This document shows, piece by piece, positions 14,232 through 27,245 of a stretch of 64,000 nucleotides of DNA (its first letter is position 1; every line of letters begins with the position of its first letter). Where the stretch lies: NCBI RefSeq assembly GCF_018350175.1, contig NC_058368.1:49477815-49541814 (forward strand). Direction: 5' to 3'. The notes below the pieces were generated by a model that did not search any database, was not told the origin of the DNA, and saw only the letters and a list, made by a program, of their open reading frames with translations. This DNA is from Felis catus (Eukaryota). The translations under genes were made by a program, and so were the position numbers.

Positions 14232-14548
14232 AGGGGGTTCCAGTCTAAGAGGGCAACATAGGAGGCACCTGAACTCTCCTTCTCCTAAGGACACGCCAAA
14301 TCTAAAGGTTCACATGGAAAAATTCTCTCTGAAAGAAATCCAGAAACTAAGCAACTCCCACACATCTAGCAAATGAGGAAAAACCCACATTAAAACAGAA
14401 AAGGCTGAGACACACTCTCCATAAACCTGACCCCTGGCACAGCAACGTACAAACAGGAGGGAACTCACAACTCCCACCTTCTCCTTGGGGAGTGAAGGGT
14501 TTAGACCAAACACCTAGTGCCCCAGCTTTAAGACTCTCACCTGAGGGA
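14232..14548 (+). mobile_element. L1 5'UTR fragment
   Basis: GC-richer block resembling mammalian L1 5' ends (aagagggcaacataggaggcacctgaactc). Confidence 0.5.
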
Positions 14549-14549
14549 G

Positions 14550-16380
14550 TTTTGATAGGTTCTACTTTCATAATGTATTTTCAAGACCATGCATTACTTT
14601 AATTTCCATTGTTATTTTTTTTTCATTTACTAACAATAAACTTCTAAAAACTGGGGAGATTTTCTAATAATGCTTACAATATCAATTTCTAATTTCATTA
14701 ACATGCCCCATATTATTTCAGTCCTTTGAAAATTGTTATCTTAACCTATGGTCCAGCATAGGGTCTACTTTCATAAAGGTTCCATTGGCAATTGAAAAGA
14801 ATGTGCATTCTGAATTAGTTGAATCTAGAGAGCTATACATACATTCTATATTTTTCAGTTTGGTCAATTTTCTTAGTTCTAATATATAAATATTCTGTAT
14901 TCGTTGATTTTTCTGTCTTCTTCTTTATCCCATAACGGAAAGTGGCATGTTAAATCTCCACCTCTGGTTATAAAAGCGTTAGTTTATCCTTCTAGTTTTG
15001 CCAACTTTTGCTTTATATATATATTTTTAATTTTGTTACTAGGTTCATATAAATTTAGGACTTTCGTATCTTCTGGTGGAATGGACATTAAAGATTATGT
15101 AATCTCTTACCTCAAAATGTATCCTATCTTATGTTAATATAGGTACATTAGCTTTTTGGAGTTCGTGCTAGAATTACATATTTTTTTCTATTCTTTCTTT
15201 TTTTTTAAGTTTATTTATTTTGAGTGAGAGAGAGAGAGATAGACAGTGGGGGAGGAGCAGAGAGAGAGAGGGAGAGAGAGAATCCCAAGCAGGCTCCACC
15301 CTATAAGCTCAGGGCCCAATACAAGGCTTGATCCCATGAACCATAAGATCATGATCTGAGCTGAAATCGAGCGTGGGGTGCTTAACTGACTGAGCTACGC
15401 AGGTATCCCCATCCTTTACTTTAATCTATTTTTCTGTCAACCTATTCTCAGTGTTTCTTATAAAGAGTAAACATTTGGGTTTCAAGGTTTGTTTGTTTTT
15501 TTTATTTAGATTGATAATCTTATCCTTTAATTGGATTGCTTATTTTATTTACATTTAATGTAATTAAAAATATTTAAATTTATGCCTAAGATCTTGCTGT
15601 TTACTATGTTTTCCATTTTCTTTGTTCCTTCATTCTTCTTTTCTTGCATTCTTTTGGATGAATCATTAGCTTTTATTCTCTTTTTCTTCTCTTAGTTATA
15701 CATTCTTGTATTAGCTTACAATGCATATCCTTCACTTATTACATATCACCTTAACTAAGTACTTTTACTACTTCTCAAATAAAGTGAGGCACTCACAAGT
15801 ATTTAACTCTGCTTACAGCCTTCTCCCCTCTTATTTACTGATTTCATATATCTTACTTCTAACACATTATAAACCCTACAAGGCAATATTCTTGTTGTTG
15901 TTTTAAAGAATCAATAATGTGTTATCTTTACCCACACATGTATCTTTCCATTACATTTTATTGTTTTATTGCTTTATTCCTTCCTACAATTTCTGTCAAG
16001 GATTGCTTTTCTTTAGCATGAACTAACATTTTTGTACTGCAGGTGTGCTCATATTAAATTGTCTAATATCCTCCTTGTCTTTTTATTTAGCCTTCAATTT
16101 TGAAGGGTATTTCCACAATTTATATGATTCTAGGTTGGCAGTTATGTCCTTTCAACTCTTTAAGGATGACAATCCATTGTCTTCTGGCTTTCGTATTATG
16201 TGTTGTAAAGCTGGTCATCAAGTTCACTATTGCCACTTTTTAGGGTAACATGTCTTTTCCTCCCTGCCTACTTTTCAGCTTTGTCTTTGATCTCCAGCAG
16301 TTTGACAAATTCAGCTTCTTTAATAGCTCATTATATGAATATATTTAAAACTATTTTATAAAGGTTTATCTAATTGTAAT
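14550..16380 (-). mobile_element. Old L1M (ORF2 start/ORF1) antisense remnant
   Basis: ttgaaaagaatgtgcattctg and ccattgtcttctggcttt antisense L1 motifs. Confidence 0.65.
15196..15410 (-). mobile_element. CAN-SINE
   Basis: reverse-complement SINE. Confidence 0.88.
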
Positions 16381-16659
16381 ACCTGTAATCCTCAATGATC
16401 CCAAGAGATAAGGAAAGAAAAATGTAGACTTTAAACTCAGTTAACCCCATTAACGCTTCTCAGCAAGATAATTCTTAACCATTTAGAGCAGTAATTCTGA
16501 CTCTCATTTTTAAAAGACAATCTAAAAACATTGTGACACATGGAGAAATAATCCCCTTGAGAAAAAAATACTAGAGATTTCTGAATCCTTTCAATTATCA
16601 ATGCTATCTTAAATCCCATCCTTAATTGTGTTTTAATAAAATACAAGGGCAAATATATA

Positions 16660-17546
16660 CAGTTGATCCTCATTATTCACATTCTCTATTTTTTAATTTG
16701 ATGACTTGCAAAAATTTATGTATCACCCCCAAATAAATATTCATATTTTCACTGTCACTTGTGAACATGTGCAGGTAGTAAGAAAATTGAGTCACCGAGC
16801 CTGCACATTCCCATTTGAGATAAAAATTTTCAGCTGAACTTTCACCTTGTTCCAGCTCTGATACTGTAAACAAGTATCCTCTTCTTGGTTTATTTAATGC
16901 TAAATTTTTGCATTTTTGTGCTTTACATTGATGATTGTGCTGTTTAAAATGTTTTTCAGGGGAACAGTCAGTTAAACTTTGGGCTCTTGATCTCAGCTCA
17001 GGTCATGATCTCATGGAGAGATCCAGCCTGGAGTTAGGCCCTGCACTGGATGTGGAGCTTTCTTAAGATTGTCTCTCTCCCTCTGCACCTCCTCCATTCA
17101 TGCTCTCTCTCTCTCTTTCTAAAAATAAAATAAAATATAAAACAAAGTAAAATAAATTAAAATAAAATAAAAATGTTTTCCATGCATAGTGTTTAAGTCC
17201 TTAATGCAAGAAGGCAATACTGAAACCAATGTGACAATAAATTTCATATTAAAGTTTTTTTTTTTTTAAAAAGGCTATACTGTATGTATCTTATGGAGAA
17301 AATACATGTGTTAGATAAGCTTCATTCAGGCATGAGTTCACTGCTGTTAGCTATGAGTTCAGTGTTCATACAATATATATTAAATAAAGTATCTTTAAAC
17401 ATAAATGCAGATGAAACAAGGTTACGTATTGAAGTTCACAGGAACCCAGTTCTGTGCTTTCCAGGAGGAGTGAGTCAGTATTCACTAAGTCAGTATTTGT
17501 AGTTATCTTACACAACATAACTATCATAAATAACAAGAATTGACTA
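16660..17546 (+). mobile_element. MER82-like non-autonomous Tigger (TcMar) DNA transposon
   Basis: Terminal inverted repeats CAGTTGATCCTCATTATTCA ... taaataacaagaattgacta flanked by TA; internal sequence matches recalled MER82 (ggagaaaatacatgtgttagataagcttcattcaggcatgag). Confidence 0.8.
16959..17169 (+). mobile_element. CAN-SINE inside MER82
   Basis: TSD aaaatgtttt(t/c)ca; head partly deleted. Confidence 0.85.
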
Positions 17547-17981
17547 TAAATGGAAAAGTTTTGGGGGGACGGACTAAAATTGAATGTCAAGAGCATATGG
17601 GCATTTTTTAGACTTAAAACACTCTCTAGTTATGTTCAATCTGATGTTAACTGGAATTTTCAAAAATAGTTTATTAATAATATACCCCGCAAGAACAACT
17701 GGGTGATTTTCCAAAAAATAAAATGAAATTAAACTCCACTTGTAACTTATTTTTGGTAGAAGGGGACTTTGTCTAATTAATCCATTTCTCAACTGAAATA
17801 TATTTACTCTCAAAATGGCAACAACCTCTCAGGCTTGCTATTCCTATCTTTCAGTCCTTATCCTCATAAACTGACATTTCTTAGAGGGGTATAGACGTCT
17901 ATCACAACAGCCCATGAAGTAGAGGTAACTTTCTATACGGTCACATTAGGTAACATTCATTCTACATTATCTTGGCTCTTT

Positions 17982-18245
17982 TGAGGTAGTGTAGTGAGTA
18001 GGTTCAGGGAATGTACTCAAGCCAGACCTCTGACCTGGAATGTGGCTCTGCCACTTACCAGTTGTGGGATGTTGGACATACTACTTAAATCATGTGTTCC
18101 TCAGTTTCCTCATTTATAAATGATGATGAAAATAATGCCATCTCAAAGAGTTAGGAAGAAAAATAAATAAGTTAATATTTAAATCACTTAAAACAGTGTT
18201 CGTACATCATAAATGATAAAAATGGTTCAATCATCATTATTATTT
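17982..18245 (+). mobile_element. MIR SINE
   Basis: core ggctctgccacttaccag...cctcagtttcctcatttataaatg. Confidence 0.8.
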
Positions 18246-18584
18246 TTATTAGCACCTGATATCCAAGATAAAAAATGCCCTGGATGGAGATGTGTCTGAA
18301 TGATCACAATGAAGAAAGTTTAAGTGACTTGGAAGAAAGAATTTGTTTGAATCTGTATGACTGTGTCTTTCTCCCTTTCCCGCTCAGTGCATGTACCAGG
18401 ATGTCTTAGATGTAGACATTGATTTTTATTAATAAAATCTATAGATGATATAAAAATAGAGTGAATTCAGTCAGAAATTGTTATTTTCCCTTATAATACC
18501 TATACATTCCTGCTACCAAAGTTACTTTTACAAAATCTTGAAACTGGTTCTACAATTTCCCCCTTAAAACCTCTCATGATTCCT

Positions 18585-18790
18585 GGGACACCTGGGTCCC
18601 AGTTGGTTAAGTGTCCGACTTCAGCTCAGGTGATGATCTCATGGTTCGTGGGTTTGAGCCGCGTGTCAGGCTCTGTGCTGACAGCTTCCTCAGAGGCTGG
18701 AGCCTGCTTCAGATTCTGTGTCTCCCTCTCCCTCTGTGTCTCTCTGTCTCTCAAAAATAAATGTAAAAAAAAAGAACTTTTTTAATTAAA
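18585..18790 (+). mobile_element. CAN-SINE
   Basis: 19-bp TSD aaaa(c/t)ctctcatgattcct at 18566-18584 and 18791-18809. Confidence 0.92.
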
Positions 18791-19720
18791 AAAATCTCTC
18801 ATGATTCCTAATACATATAGAAATTTTCAAATTCTATTTTTGTCTCCAACCAAAGATTTCCTGATTGATCCTACTCCTTATCAAGAGAAACAGCTTCTAA
18901 AAATATAAGGGTAAAAAGTTCTACCATACTTCATACAAGAAGGGTACCTTGGATATTGGTTTCAGTTCTGGACAATATACTGTTTGAAACAAATTCAAGT
19001 TTGGGGAAAAAAAGAAAAGCAGGAAAAAAGGGATCCAGCACCAGGTCCTTATAAACAATTCAAGGATCAGCCTAAAAATAGGTAATTTAATGGGAAAGGA
19101 GATGTGGGAGCACTGTATATCTCTATCTGCTGTCAATGAAAAAATGAATAGAAGTGTTCTGACCTGCCCTTGTGTAAAGAATAGAAGAGAATGAGTGAGC
19201 ACTACAACAAAGGAAATTTCCATTCAACAGTACCAAAAATACAATAGGCTACTCAAAACAAAGCCTATGATTTTTTAAATGAGCTGAAAAGGTTACCTAG
19301 CTTCTTAGAACTGTAGTTTTGATGAACTACAGTTTTGATGAATAAAGTGGGAGCTGGAAGAATATGTAACCTAAGAGCAATAGTTTTAAAACAAATTCTG
19401 AATAATATCCTTTCTAGATAATCATGAATATGCAATGTTCATGGATGTAGTTTCCAAGTACTTTCCAGACAGTAAAGAAGAAATTGAAATATATAAATAA
19501 TTTTGCACATCTTAATATACCTTCCTTTTGCAACCGACAAAGGTTTCCAAGCTCTGCAAATAACAAAAGTGGGATGTTAGTTCTAAATTTGAAACTCATG
19601 CAAACGTAGCAATGGTCTGATATCAAAAATCAAAGGTCAATTGTTTTAAAATATAATTTTTTGTCAATTTAGCTAACATACAGAGTATACAGATTGCTCT
19701 TGGCTTTGGGAGTAGATTCC

Positions 19721-19822
19721 CATGATTCATAACTTACATACAACACCCAGTACTTATCCCAACAAGTGCCCTGCTCAGTGCCCATCACCTATTTTCCCCT
19801 TCACCCTGCCCCCCATCAATCT
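19721..19822 (-). mobile_element. Short carnivore L1 3'UTR fragment
   Basis: reverse complement resembles the L1 3'UTR at 50960-51050. Confidence 0.7.
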
Positions 19823-20244
19823 AATTCTTCATCTAAGACCAAGTTTAAAATGTTGAAATTGATGGAATATTTTGGCCTTCACAATTCCATTTATTCATGT
19901 AACCTTCCTGATTGATTTTTAATCCAGTGCTTTTTAAAGGTCAACTCCAAATGGCTAATTATCAAAGTAAAGCAATAATTTGCAACAGAGAGGCATAGCT
20001 ATGATCATATAGCCCCATTCCTAGGAGCCCATAACCAAAACTTTGCCATGCAGTCAAGCAAAGACCCAGTCTGGAACCCCAAGGAAATGTGTATGTGTCT
20101 ATTGGAAATAGTGTATTCCTCAAGATATAACGATGATTATTCAAACACTTACATTTCTTCATTGTGAGTTTGACCACAGCTACTTGCCAACCAGTATTCC
20201 ATTATTGTGTTTACTTAGAGTTGCCTTTTGGTTGAGATTGTAAT

Positions 20245-20693
20245 TGTAGCAGATGCTACTTACAGTCTCTTAGCACTCAGACTTTCCAGTTGCAGGTTCT
20301 GCTGGCAAACTACTGCGACTCTACCTGACAGTTCTCAACTGTGAGAACATATTCTGCCTATGTGCACAGCCGACAGAAACTACCACAGAGTTTACATCAT
20401 GGAAAGCAGCCTCCAACGAACGTGAAAGGTGGTGGATAGATATCCCAACTTCCTTGCCTCTTGGCTGGGACAATTCTTGGTGATTTTTATATACCATCTC
20501 CCAGAGGTCTCCAGTGGAATTATGCCTCAATTGCCAAAAGCAGCAGCTCATTAGTCACTCACTATTGACTTCCTTCCCTTCTTCATCTCTTTTCCACACT
20601 CTCCTGTTGGTATTTCTTGGGATCATCTCCCAAATAAACCACCTGTTTTTTCACATAGTCTCAGCAGTGAACTTTGAGGAAACCAACCTGAGA
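20245..20693 (+). mobile_element. ERVL solo LTR (LTR16-like)
   Basis: starts tgtagcagatgct; 3' part gggatcatctcccaaataaacc...gtctcag is typical of LTR16. Confidence 0.7.
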
Positions 20694-20724
20694 TTATGCT
20701 TATCGAAAATACTATTATAGCCAT

Positions 20725-20888
20725 GGGGGCACCTGAGTGGCCCAGTCGGTTGAGCATCTGACTTCGGATCAGGTCATGATCTCATGGTTTGTGAGTTTGA
20801 GCCCCACATCGGGCTCTGTGCTGACAGCTTGGAGCCTGAAGCCTGCCTCAGATTCTGTCTCCCTCTCTCTTCCCCTCCCCCGCTCATG

Positions 20889-20933
<45 letters not shown>

Positions 20934-20950
20934 TCAAAAATAAATAAATA
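20725..20950 (+). mobile_element. CAN-SINE with (TG)n; tail continues to about 21188
   Basis: TSD aaaatactattata(g/c)cca at 20706-20723 and 21189-21206. Confidence 0.92.
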
Positions 20951-21168
20951 GGGGCGCCTGGGTGGCGCAGTCGGTTAAGCGTCCGACTTCAGCCAGGTCA
21001 CGATCTCGCGGTCCGTGAGTTCGAGCCCCGCGTCGGGCTCTGGGCTGATGGCTCAGAGCCTGGAGCCTGCTTCCGATTCTGTGTCTCCCTCTCTCTCTGC
21101 CCCTCCCCCGTTCATGCTCTGTCTCGCTCTGTCCCAAAAATAAATAAACGTTAAAAAAAATTTTTTTT
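20951..21168 (+). mobile_element. Young SINEC_Fc-type SINE nested in the tail of the previous SINE
   Basis: CpG-intact ggggcgcctgggtggcgcagtcggttaagcgtccg; TSD aaaaataaa(t/c)aaata. Confidence 0.95.
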
Positions 21169-21299
21169 AAAAATAAACAAATATTAAAAAAATACTATTA
21201 TACCCAAAATTGAATATTAATAGAGAAATGTTTTTTACATTAATTTTCCCAATTTTTAATAATGTGGTAATTTTCTTTCAAATATGAAAATAATTCACA

Positions 21300-21840
21300 G
21301 CCATGAACTACCACTATATTCAATAATACAGATGAATCTCATAAACATAACGATGAGCAAAAGAAGACAGAAAAAAGAATATGCACTGTATGATAGATTT
21401 AAATATACATTTAAAATTTTTTTAATGTTTATTTATTTTTGAGAGCGCGAAAGAGAGCAAAAGCAGGTAAGGAGCAGAGAGAGGGAGGAAGACACAGAAT
21501 CTGAAGCAGGCTGCAGGCTCTGAGCTGTCAGCACAGAGCCTGATGTGGGGTTCAAACCCACGAACTGCCAGACCATGACCTGAGCCGAAGTCAGATGCCT
21601 AACCAGGCACCCTTAAATATTTTTAAGTAGGCAAGACTAGTCTCTGATGTTAGATTTCAGGGCAGATGTTGCTCTTGAGAAGGAGCATGAGGACGGTGAC
21701 AACAAAGAGAATATCTGGGTGTTGTTTGTATTCTGCTTCTTGTTCTAGGGGGTGGTTGCAAGACATATTCCATTTGTACTAATTCATAGAGTTCTATGCT
21801 TAATTGTTCTGATCATTTAATTTCTATATATTTTTTAACA
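21300..21840 (+). mobile_element. Old L1M 3' end fragment
   Basis: gatgaatctcataaacataacgatgagcaaaagaag motif. Confidence 0.6.
21415..21612 (-). mobile_element. CAN-SINE
   Basis: reverse-complement SINE. Confidence 0.88.
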
Positions 21841-22439
21841 AAATTTATTTTAAAAACTGGGTCAAAATTAGGTACTTCTGAATACTTACCAACCCTAATA
21901 TTTACTTCTCAAACTTGATTTTATTTTAGATAGCACAAACAAGTATACGAACATAATTTTTAACCCATTGCAATATGCTCTGATTATCTCCCCTTAGATT
22001 CTTAAATTGAATATGTCAGCCACAATTATTCCTGATAATATTGGCTTTATTGCTCACAAGCTGGTAATTTCTTAACATTTTAGAAAAGGCAAATCCTGAC
22101 GATCAATTAAATCTTCAGACTCAAATGTTTCTCTTTGCACATATGGCCTTTGCACAGGATTAACACACCAACTATTGTTATCTTCTAATCTTAGAAAAGC
22201 CTTAAGAAGCAGCAGCCATATTAGGGATAGAGATCACTACTCCCTTACAGTTTACAAAAAGAATCTCTTAAAACACAGTGAAACAAACAAACAAATAAAC
22301 AAACAAACAAAAAAGAATCTTCTGCCCACATTGCTGAGAAATGTTTGATTAAGGAAAATAGGGGAAAGAAGGTTTTTTTTAACATTTATTGTTAAACAAT
22401 AAACAACAATAAACAATAACATTTATTGTTATAAATAAC

Positions 22440-22639
22440 ATTTATGTATTTTTGAGAGAGAAGGAGAGTGAGTGGGGGAGGGGGGAGAGAGCAAAATAGA
22501 CACAGACTCTGAAGCAGGCTCCATCCAGGCTCCAAGCTGTCAGCACAGAGCCTGACATGGGGGCTGGAACCCACGAACCATGAGATCATGACCTGAGGCA
22601 AAGTCAGACACTTAACCGACTGAGCCACCCAGGTGCCCC
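22440..22639 (-). mobile_element. CAN-SINE
   Basis: reverse-complement SINE ending aggtgcccc. Confidence 0.9.
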
Positions 22640-25600
22640 TCTGTATCCTCTTGTTAACACCATTCACAAATTATTTTCTTCAACTATATTATAACAAAAT
22701 AAATTTAAACTCTACGGTTGATGTAATTTAATATTTTCCTCCCTCTTAAGGTTAAAAGAAGTCTTTTTCATGGCAGAAACATTCTCTTTTATTTCTTCTC
22801 CAAAAGTGTCCTCCCAATTGCCTCTCACGAATTCATCCTCTCAGAGTTGTTGACATTGTCCTGCAAACTTCCTGTCCCTATGGACTGTCTCTTGTAGTTA
22901 GCAATGTTTTGAAACAGGAATGAACACACACCACCTCCTAAATCAGTATTTCTTGAACTCAGCATGCCTCACACTTTGAGAAGAGCAGCGGTCAATTCCA
23001 CTTCTGTGTAATTCTTGAATTGTTCTGGAGCCCCATCTGCCTTTGCACTCAAATCTCCAAGAAAACCATTTATTTGAGGCTCTTTTGCCAACCCTCCTAG
23101 GAAGGAAGGAATCTAGTCACTTTAGTATTGTGCAAGATGCTCGTTTCCCCCTTCCATTCTCTTTCTCTTAAATAATTCAGCTACCACTGTTTTGATATTA
23201 CTTTTAAAAATAATGAATCCCCAAAATTGCCTGTCTCTTCCCCCCCACCCCATTCCCTCCTTCTTTCTGTTTTATAGGATGGTATCTTTGTTTCAGACAA
23301 CAAGGGTTTTGATAGGATTAAGTCCAATGTCTCCATAAGCATCATGACAAATCACAGGCTTGTAATCTCATTCATACCTTTATTCTCCCTCATGGCCATA
23401 CGCCATGTCATATACTTACATTTCTTGCTTTGCCTTTTCAGCTTCATATCCATAATTGAATGCCAAGACTAAAAGCTCTTTTGTTAAATAGCAACAACTT
23501 CCTGCTTCATGATGTTTAATCATTTTCAGCACCTTTTGCTCAGCTGAGAAATGATTCGTAACTGCTTCTTACATCTATGAATAGACAGCATCACAACTGT
23601 CTACCACTTTACTCACTTTCACTATGGACCCTTGAAACATGCACTTTCTCTATGACAAAGCTTTTATATCCTCTTCTTCAGAGTGACCCTCTCCTTCTCT
23701 TGACTTAAGATGAAAGCTCTTAATATGTCTTAAATATTGAATTTTTCCACAGTCTTTCCAGATAAACTGCATCTCATTCAAAATCTTATAATAACTTTAG
23801 CAATTCCTTGGTAGTGGACACAACCCAAAAATACATGTGTGTGCATTTTTCTGGTGATATACTTATATACATGTTGCCTAGTTCAATTAGAAAAATTGCT
23901 ACAAATAAGGGACTCACTCCTTCCTAACTTCCTCTGGTATCGGTACCATGCACAAGGTTCTGACCACATAAGTAACTAGTGGTATCATCTTTTTAAAGAT
24001 GGAATAATGTAACACAGACTCTTTATGCAAGTGGCTCCTACGTTTCACCTGACTTCCTGAACCACACTGGCCTCTGTGATTCTGGTCCCAAGCTCTATTC
24101 CTACAGTTAAGAGGAACATTATTTTAATGAAAATATGCCATTTACCTGCATCCATGGTACATATTATCTTGCATTGACAACCATCAGATTATCATTAAGT
24201 CAATTTATAGAAACTTAATAAAGATTCTGAATTTAACAAAGATAGATGGATAATCAGATGATAGGTATATATAGCAAACAATTAGGTAGGTAGGTACACA
24301 GACACAAACAGAAGGACAGACCATCCCAGTAAATTCTAAGGGAAAGGAAATACAACATAGAATAAGTCCTTAAAAAGGTGTATTGGATTTGTTACTCCAA
24401 AAGCCAAAGAAATTCATCTTATGCACGAATTCATCTTATGCATGCCTAAGTGCAGAATGGATGAAGCTTTATCATGCCCTGTTTGTTGAATGAATTCATT
24501 TTCTTGACTATACATTTTGTGCCATTGCTATGGATGCCAAAACTATCCTTGAGTCTAAGGCACACACAGTCTAGCAGAAGATAAAATAAACTATAATACC
24601 ATGTGTCAAGTGTTTTAAGTCATGGCATCAGACACTTGATTGCAGGAGGTTAATGGTTGATTGGAAGGTGAGAAAGTGAGTGTGGACTATTTTTTTCAAG
24701 GTGTTTGGTGAGGAAAGGTATGAAACGGAGTGGCAGAATAAAGGAAAAACAAAATTTAAGTGGGATAAAGGAGATGGATCGGAGGCTTTATGGGAGAAGC
24801 TAACAAAAGGAATGATGGAAAAATTACAGAAAAAGAGAAATCTGTGGAGAGTGACATTGACACTATTTTATTTATCAAGTCCTAACTTAGTATTTTTAAT
24901 CATTAGAAGAATCATTTCTAATAAAAATGCTGCTAGATTTTTATTGCTGCCATCACATTATGGAAATCTTTAGATAAAATTATAAAACTGTCCCAAGAAT
25001 GCTTATAAAAATGTACACTTTAAATTAAAAATTTTAAGTTACCCAGAAAATATTTCAAAATGCAGGAAAAAAAATCAATGTAAGCATATTTATCACAGCA
25101 TATTATATTAAGAATGCATGTGAAACAAAGGTCCAGAAGAAATGTATTTGTTTGTTATAATTAACAAACACACATGATAAAATAGTATGCAACCATTGAA
25201 ACTGCTAACAAAAATTTTTATAATACTCTAACAAGCATTTTTACCATATTCAGTGTGGGAAGAGTACATACAGTGTGATTACAATTAAGTCAGATGGAGA
25301 GAAGACAGAGGGAGGGAGAGGGAGGTGGAGGGAGAAAGAAGGGAGGGAGAGGGAGGTGGAGGAGTGAAGGAGGAGGGGGAAGAAAAAGGAGGAGGAGAAG
25401 AAGAGTAAAGAAAAAAGTACTATGGTAGCTACAAAATACACCAAAAATTTTAAGCAGTCATTTTTAGGTGGTCATCTTTGTAGTGGCAATATAGAAGGAT
25501 CCCTACAGGCAATCTGAAATGATCTTCTTTTAGACCAATAGTTTAATATCTTCTCCTACCGCAGCTCTGAGATGATGAACAGGGGTTAGTCCCCATATTT

Positions 25601-26397
25601 TCCTAGATTTGTTTTTTCTAATAATCACTCTAGGAGAATGTTAATAGCTGTTGGACTCTAAAAATAATATTATATTACATTAACTATGTACAGTTTTGTG
25701 TGTGTGTGTGTGTGTGCTAATCATACCTCAATAAAGTGATTTAAAAATAAACACTAAAGTAAATTACATAAATTTAAATTAATGCTTATTTTAAGCATTC
25801 TTATACTCTGGAATTGTAACATCAGAAACTGAGGCAACTCAATTACCTGCACTTGTTCTATCTCTTCCATAGGCAGCATGCTGTTACTTCCACAGCATGT
25901 GGAAGTATGCTTACTTCCACTAAGTATGTCCCTTAGTGACCAAATGGCTCCCTCTGCTTACCCTTAGTTTCTGGTCTCTCATCACTTAGTCTGTGAGGCA
26001 CCAAAATAACACTGGTATGGCTCTGCTTCTTCCTAATGAATTCTTAACCAACTATTGCAAGGCTACCTGAATCATTTACTTAGATTTTCATAGATCAAAC
26101 TTGGAAAAGAAATAAATCAGCTCAACTCATTTTTTAATGCCACCATATAGATTGCTGTTCATTCTATGCATCTGTGAGCCATATTCAAACACCTCTGGTC
26201 CAAGCAGTTATGGCAAAGAGGCCAAGGTCATATGTACAAAATACAATTATCTAGGTAGCTAGAAATATGTGGCATTGGCATGACAGGTATTCAGATGATT
26301 GGCTTATCCAATACAACATGGTCACTTAGGCAGCAGACGCTATGGATTCCTGAACTGGAACACTAGAAATTCTAAATCAAATAAGAAACCAACCACT

Positions 26398-26634
26398 AGG
26401 AGCACCTGGGTGGCTCAGTCGGTAAAGCATCTGACTCTTGATTTCAGCTCAGGTCATGATCTCACACTTCATGAGATCAAGCCCCACACTGGGCTCTGCT
26501 CAGACAGCACAGAGCCTGTTTGGGATTCTCTCTCTCCATCTCTCTCTGCCCTTCCTCTACCAAAATAAATAATTAAACATGAAGGAAGGAAGGAAGGAAG
26601 GAAGGAAGGAAGGAAGGAAGGAAGGAAGGAAGGA

Positions 26635-26698
<64 letters not shown>

Positions 26699-26703
26699 AA
26701 AGA
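26398..26703 (+). mobile_element. CAN-SINE with (GAAG)n(GAAA)n expanded tail
   Basis: TSD aagaaaccaac at 26383 and 26704; microsatellite 26581-26703. Confidence 0.92.
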
Positions 26704-27161
26704 AAGAAACCAACAACATTCCACTACCCATTCCATCACTACTGTGATGACACTGAACTGACACAGGAAGTCACAGAAGAGTTCCTGGCAGAAACTCACT
26801 AAGTTTCCATAATTTGAGAGGATGAGAGCAGACAGTGGAAAAGATGAAAACTACTCTATTTCTACTACTATAGATCATTTAAGACCTGTTGGGCCAACGG
26901 AGTAATCCAAGACATACAGGTTTACTAGGTTATGGCAAGTCCCCTCCCTGATGCAGTGTTTAGTAGCACCAAAAAGAAAGCTGGTTGCAGTCACACTGTG
27001 TCCCTGGACATGAAGCTAGGCTAAAGAGACATTGTATAAAGAACTTTACCTGCATACTTTGACATTACCGCATATTAGAAAAGAAAATACAGGAAAATAA
27101 AAGCCCCCCTTGATGGGAATATCTATGATCTATTTTCTCTGTACCTATTTCTGGCTTTAGA

Positions 27162-27245
27162 ACTTCATTGTCCAGTACAGTACCCACTACCATATGTGGC
27201 TATTTAAATTTAAATGTAATTAAATTAGATTAAATTAAAAATTTA
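27162..27245 (-). mobile_element. MER3-like hAT element, left part
   Basis: tgtccagtacag...catatgtggctatttaaatttaaa. Confidence 0.75.

Noticed and set aside
17284..17502. ORF with Tigger/CENP-B-like N-terminus (EKIHVLDKLHSGMS)
   Set aside because: Decayed internal relic of non-autonomous MER82; no full transposase.
20951..21030. tRNA gene-like A and B boxes
   Set aside because: This is the tRNA-derived SINE head followed by the SINE body and tail.
24409..24442. Short tandem duplications (also 13404-13470, 30298-30333, 34687-34760)
   Set aside because: Ordinary slippage duplications with no further structure.
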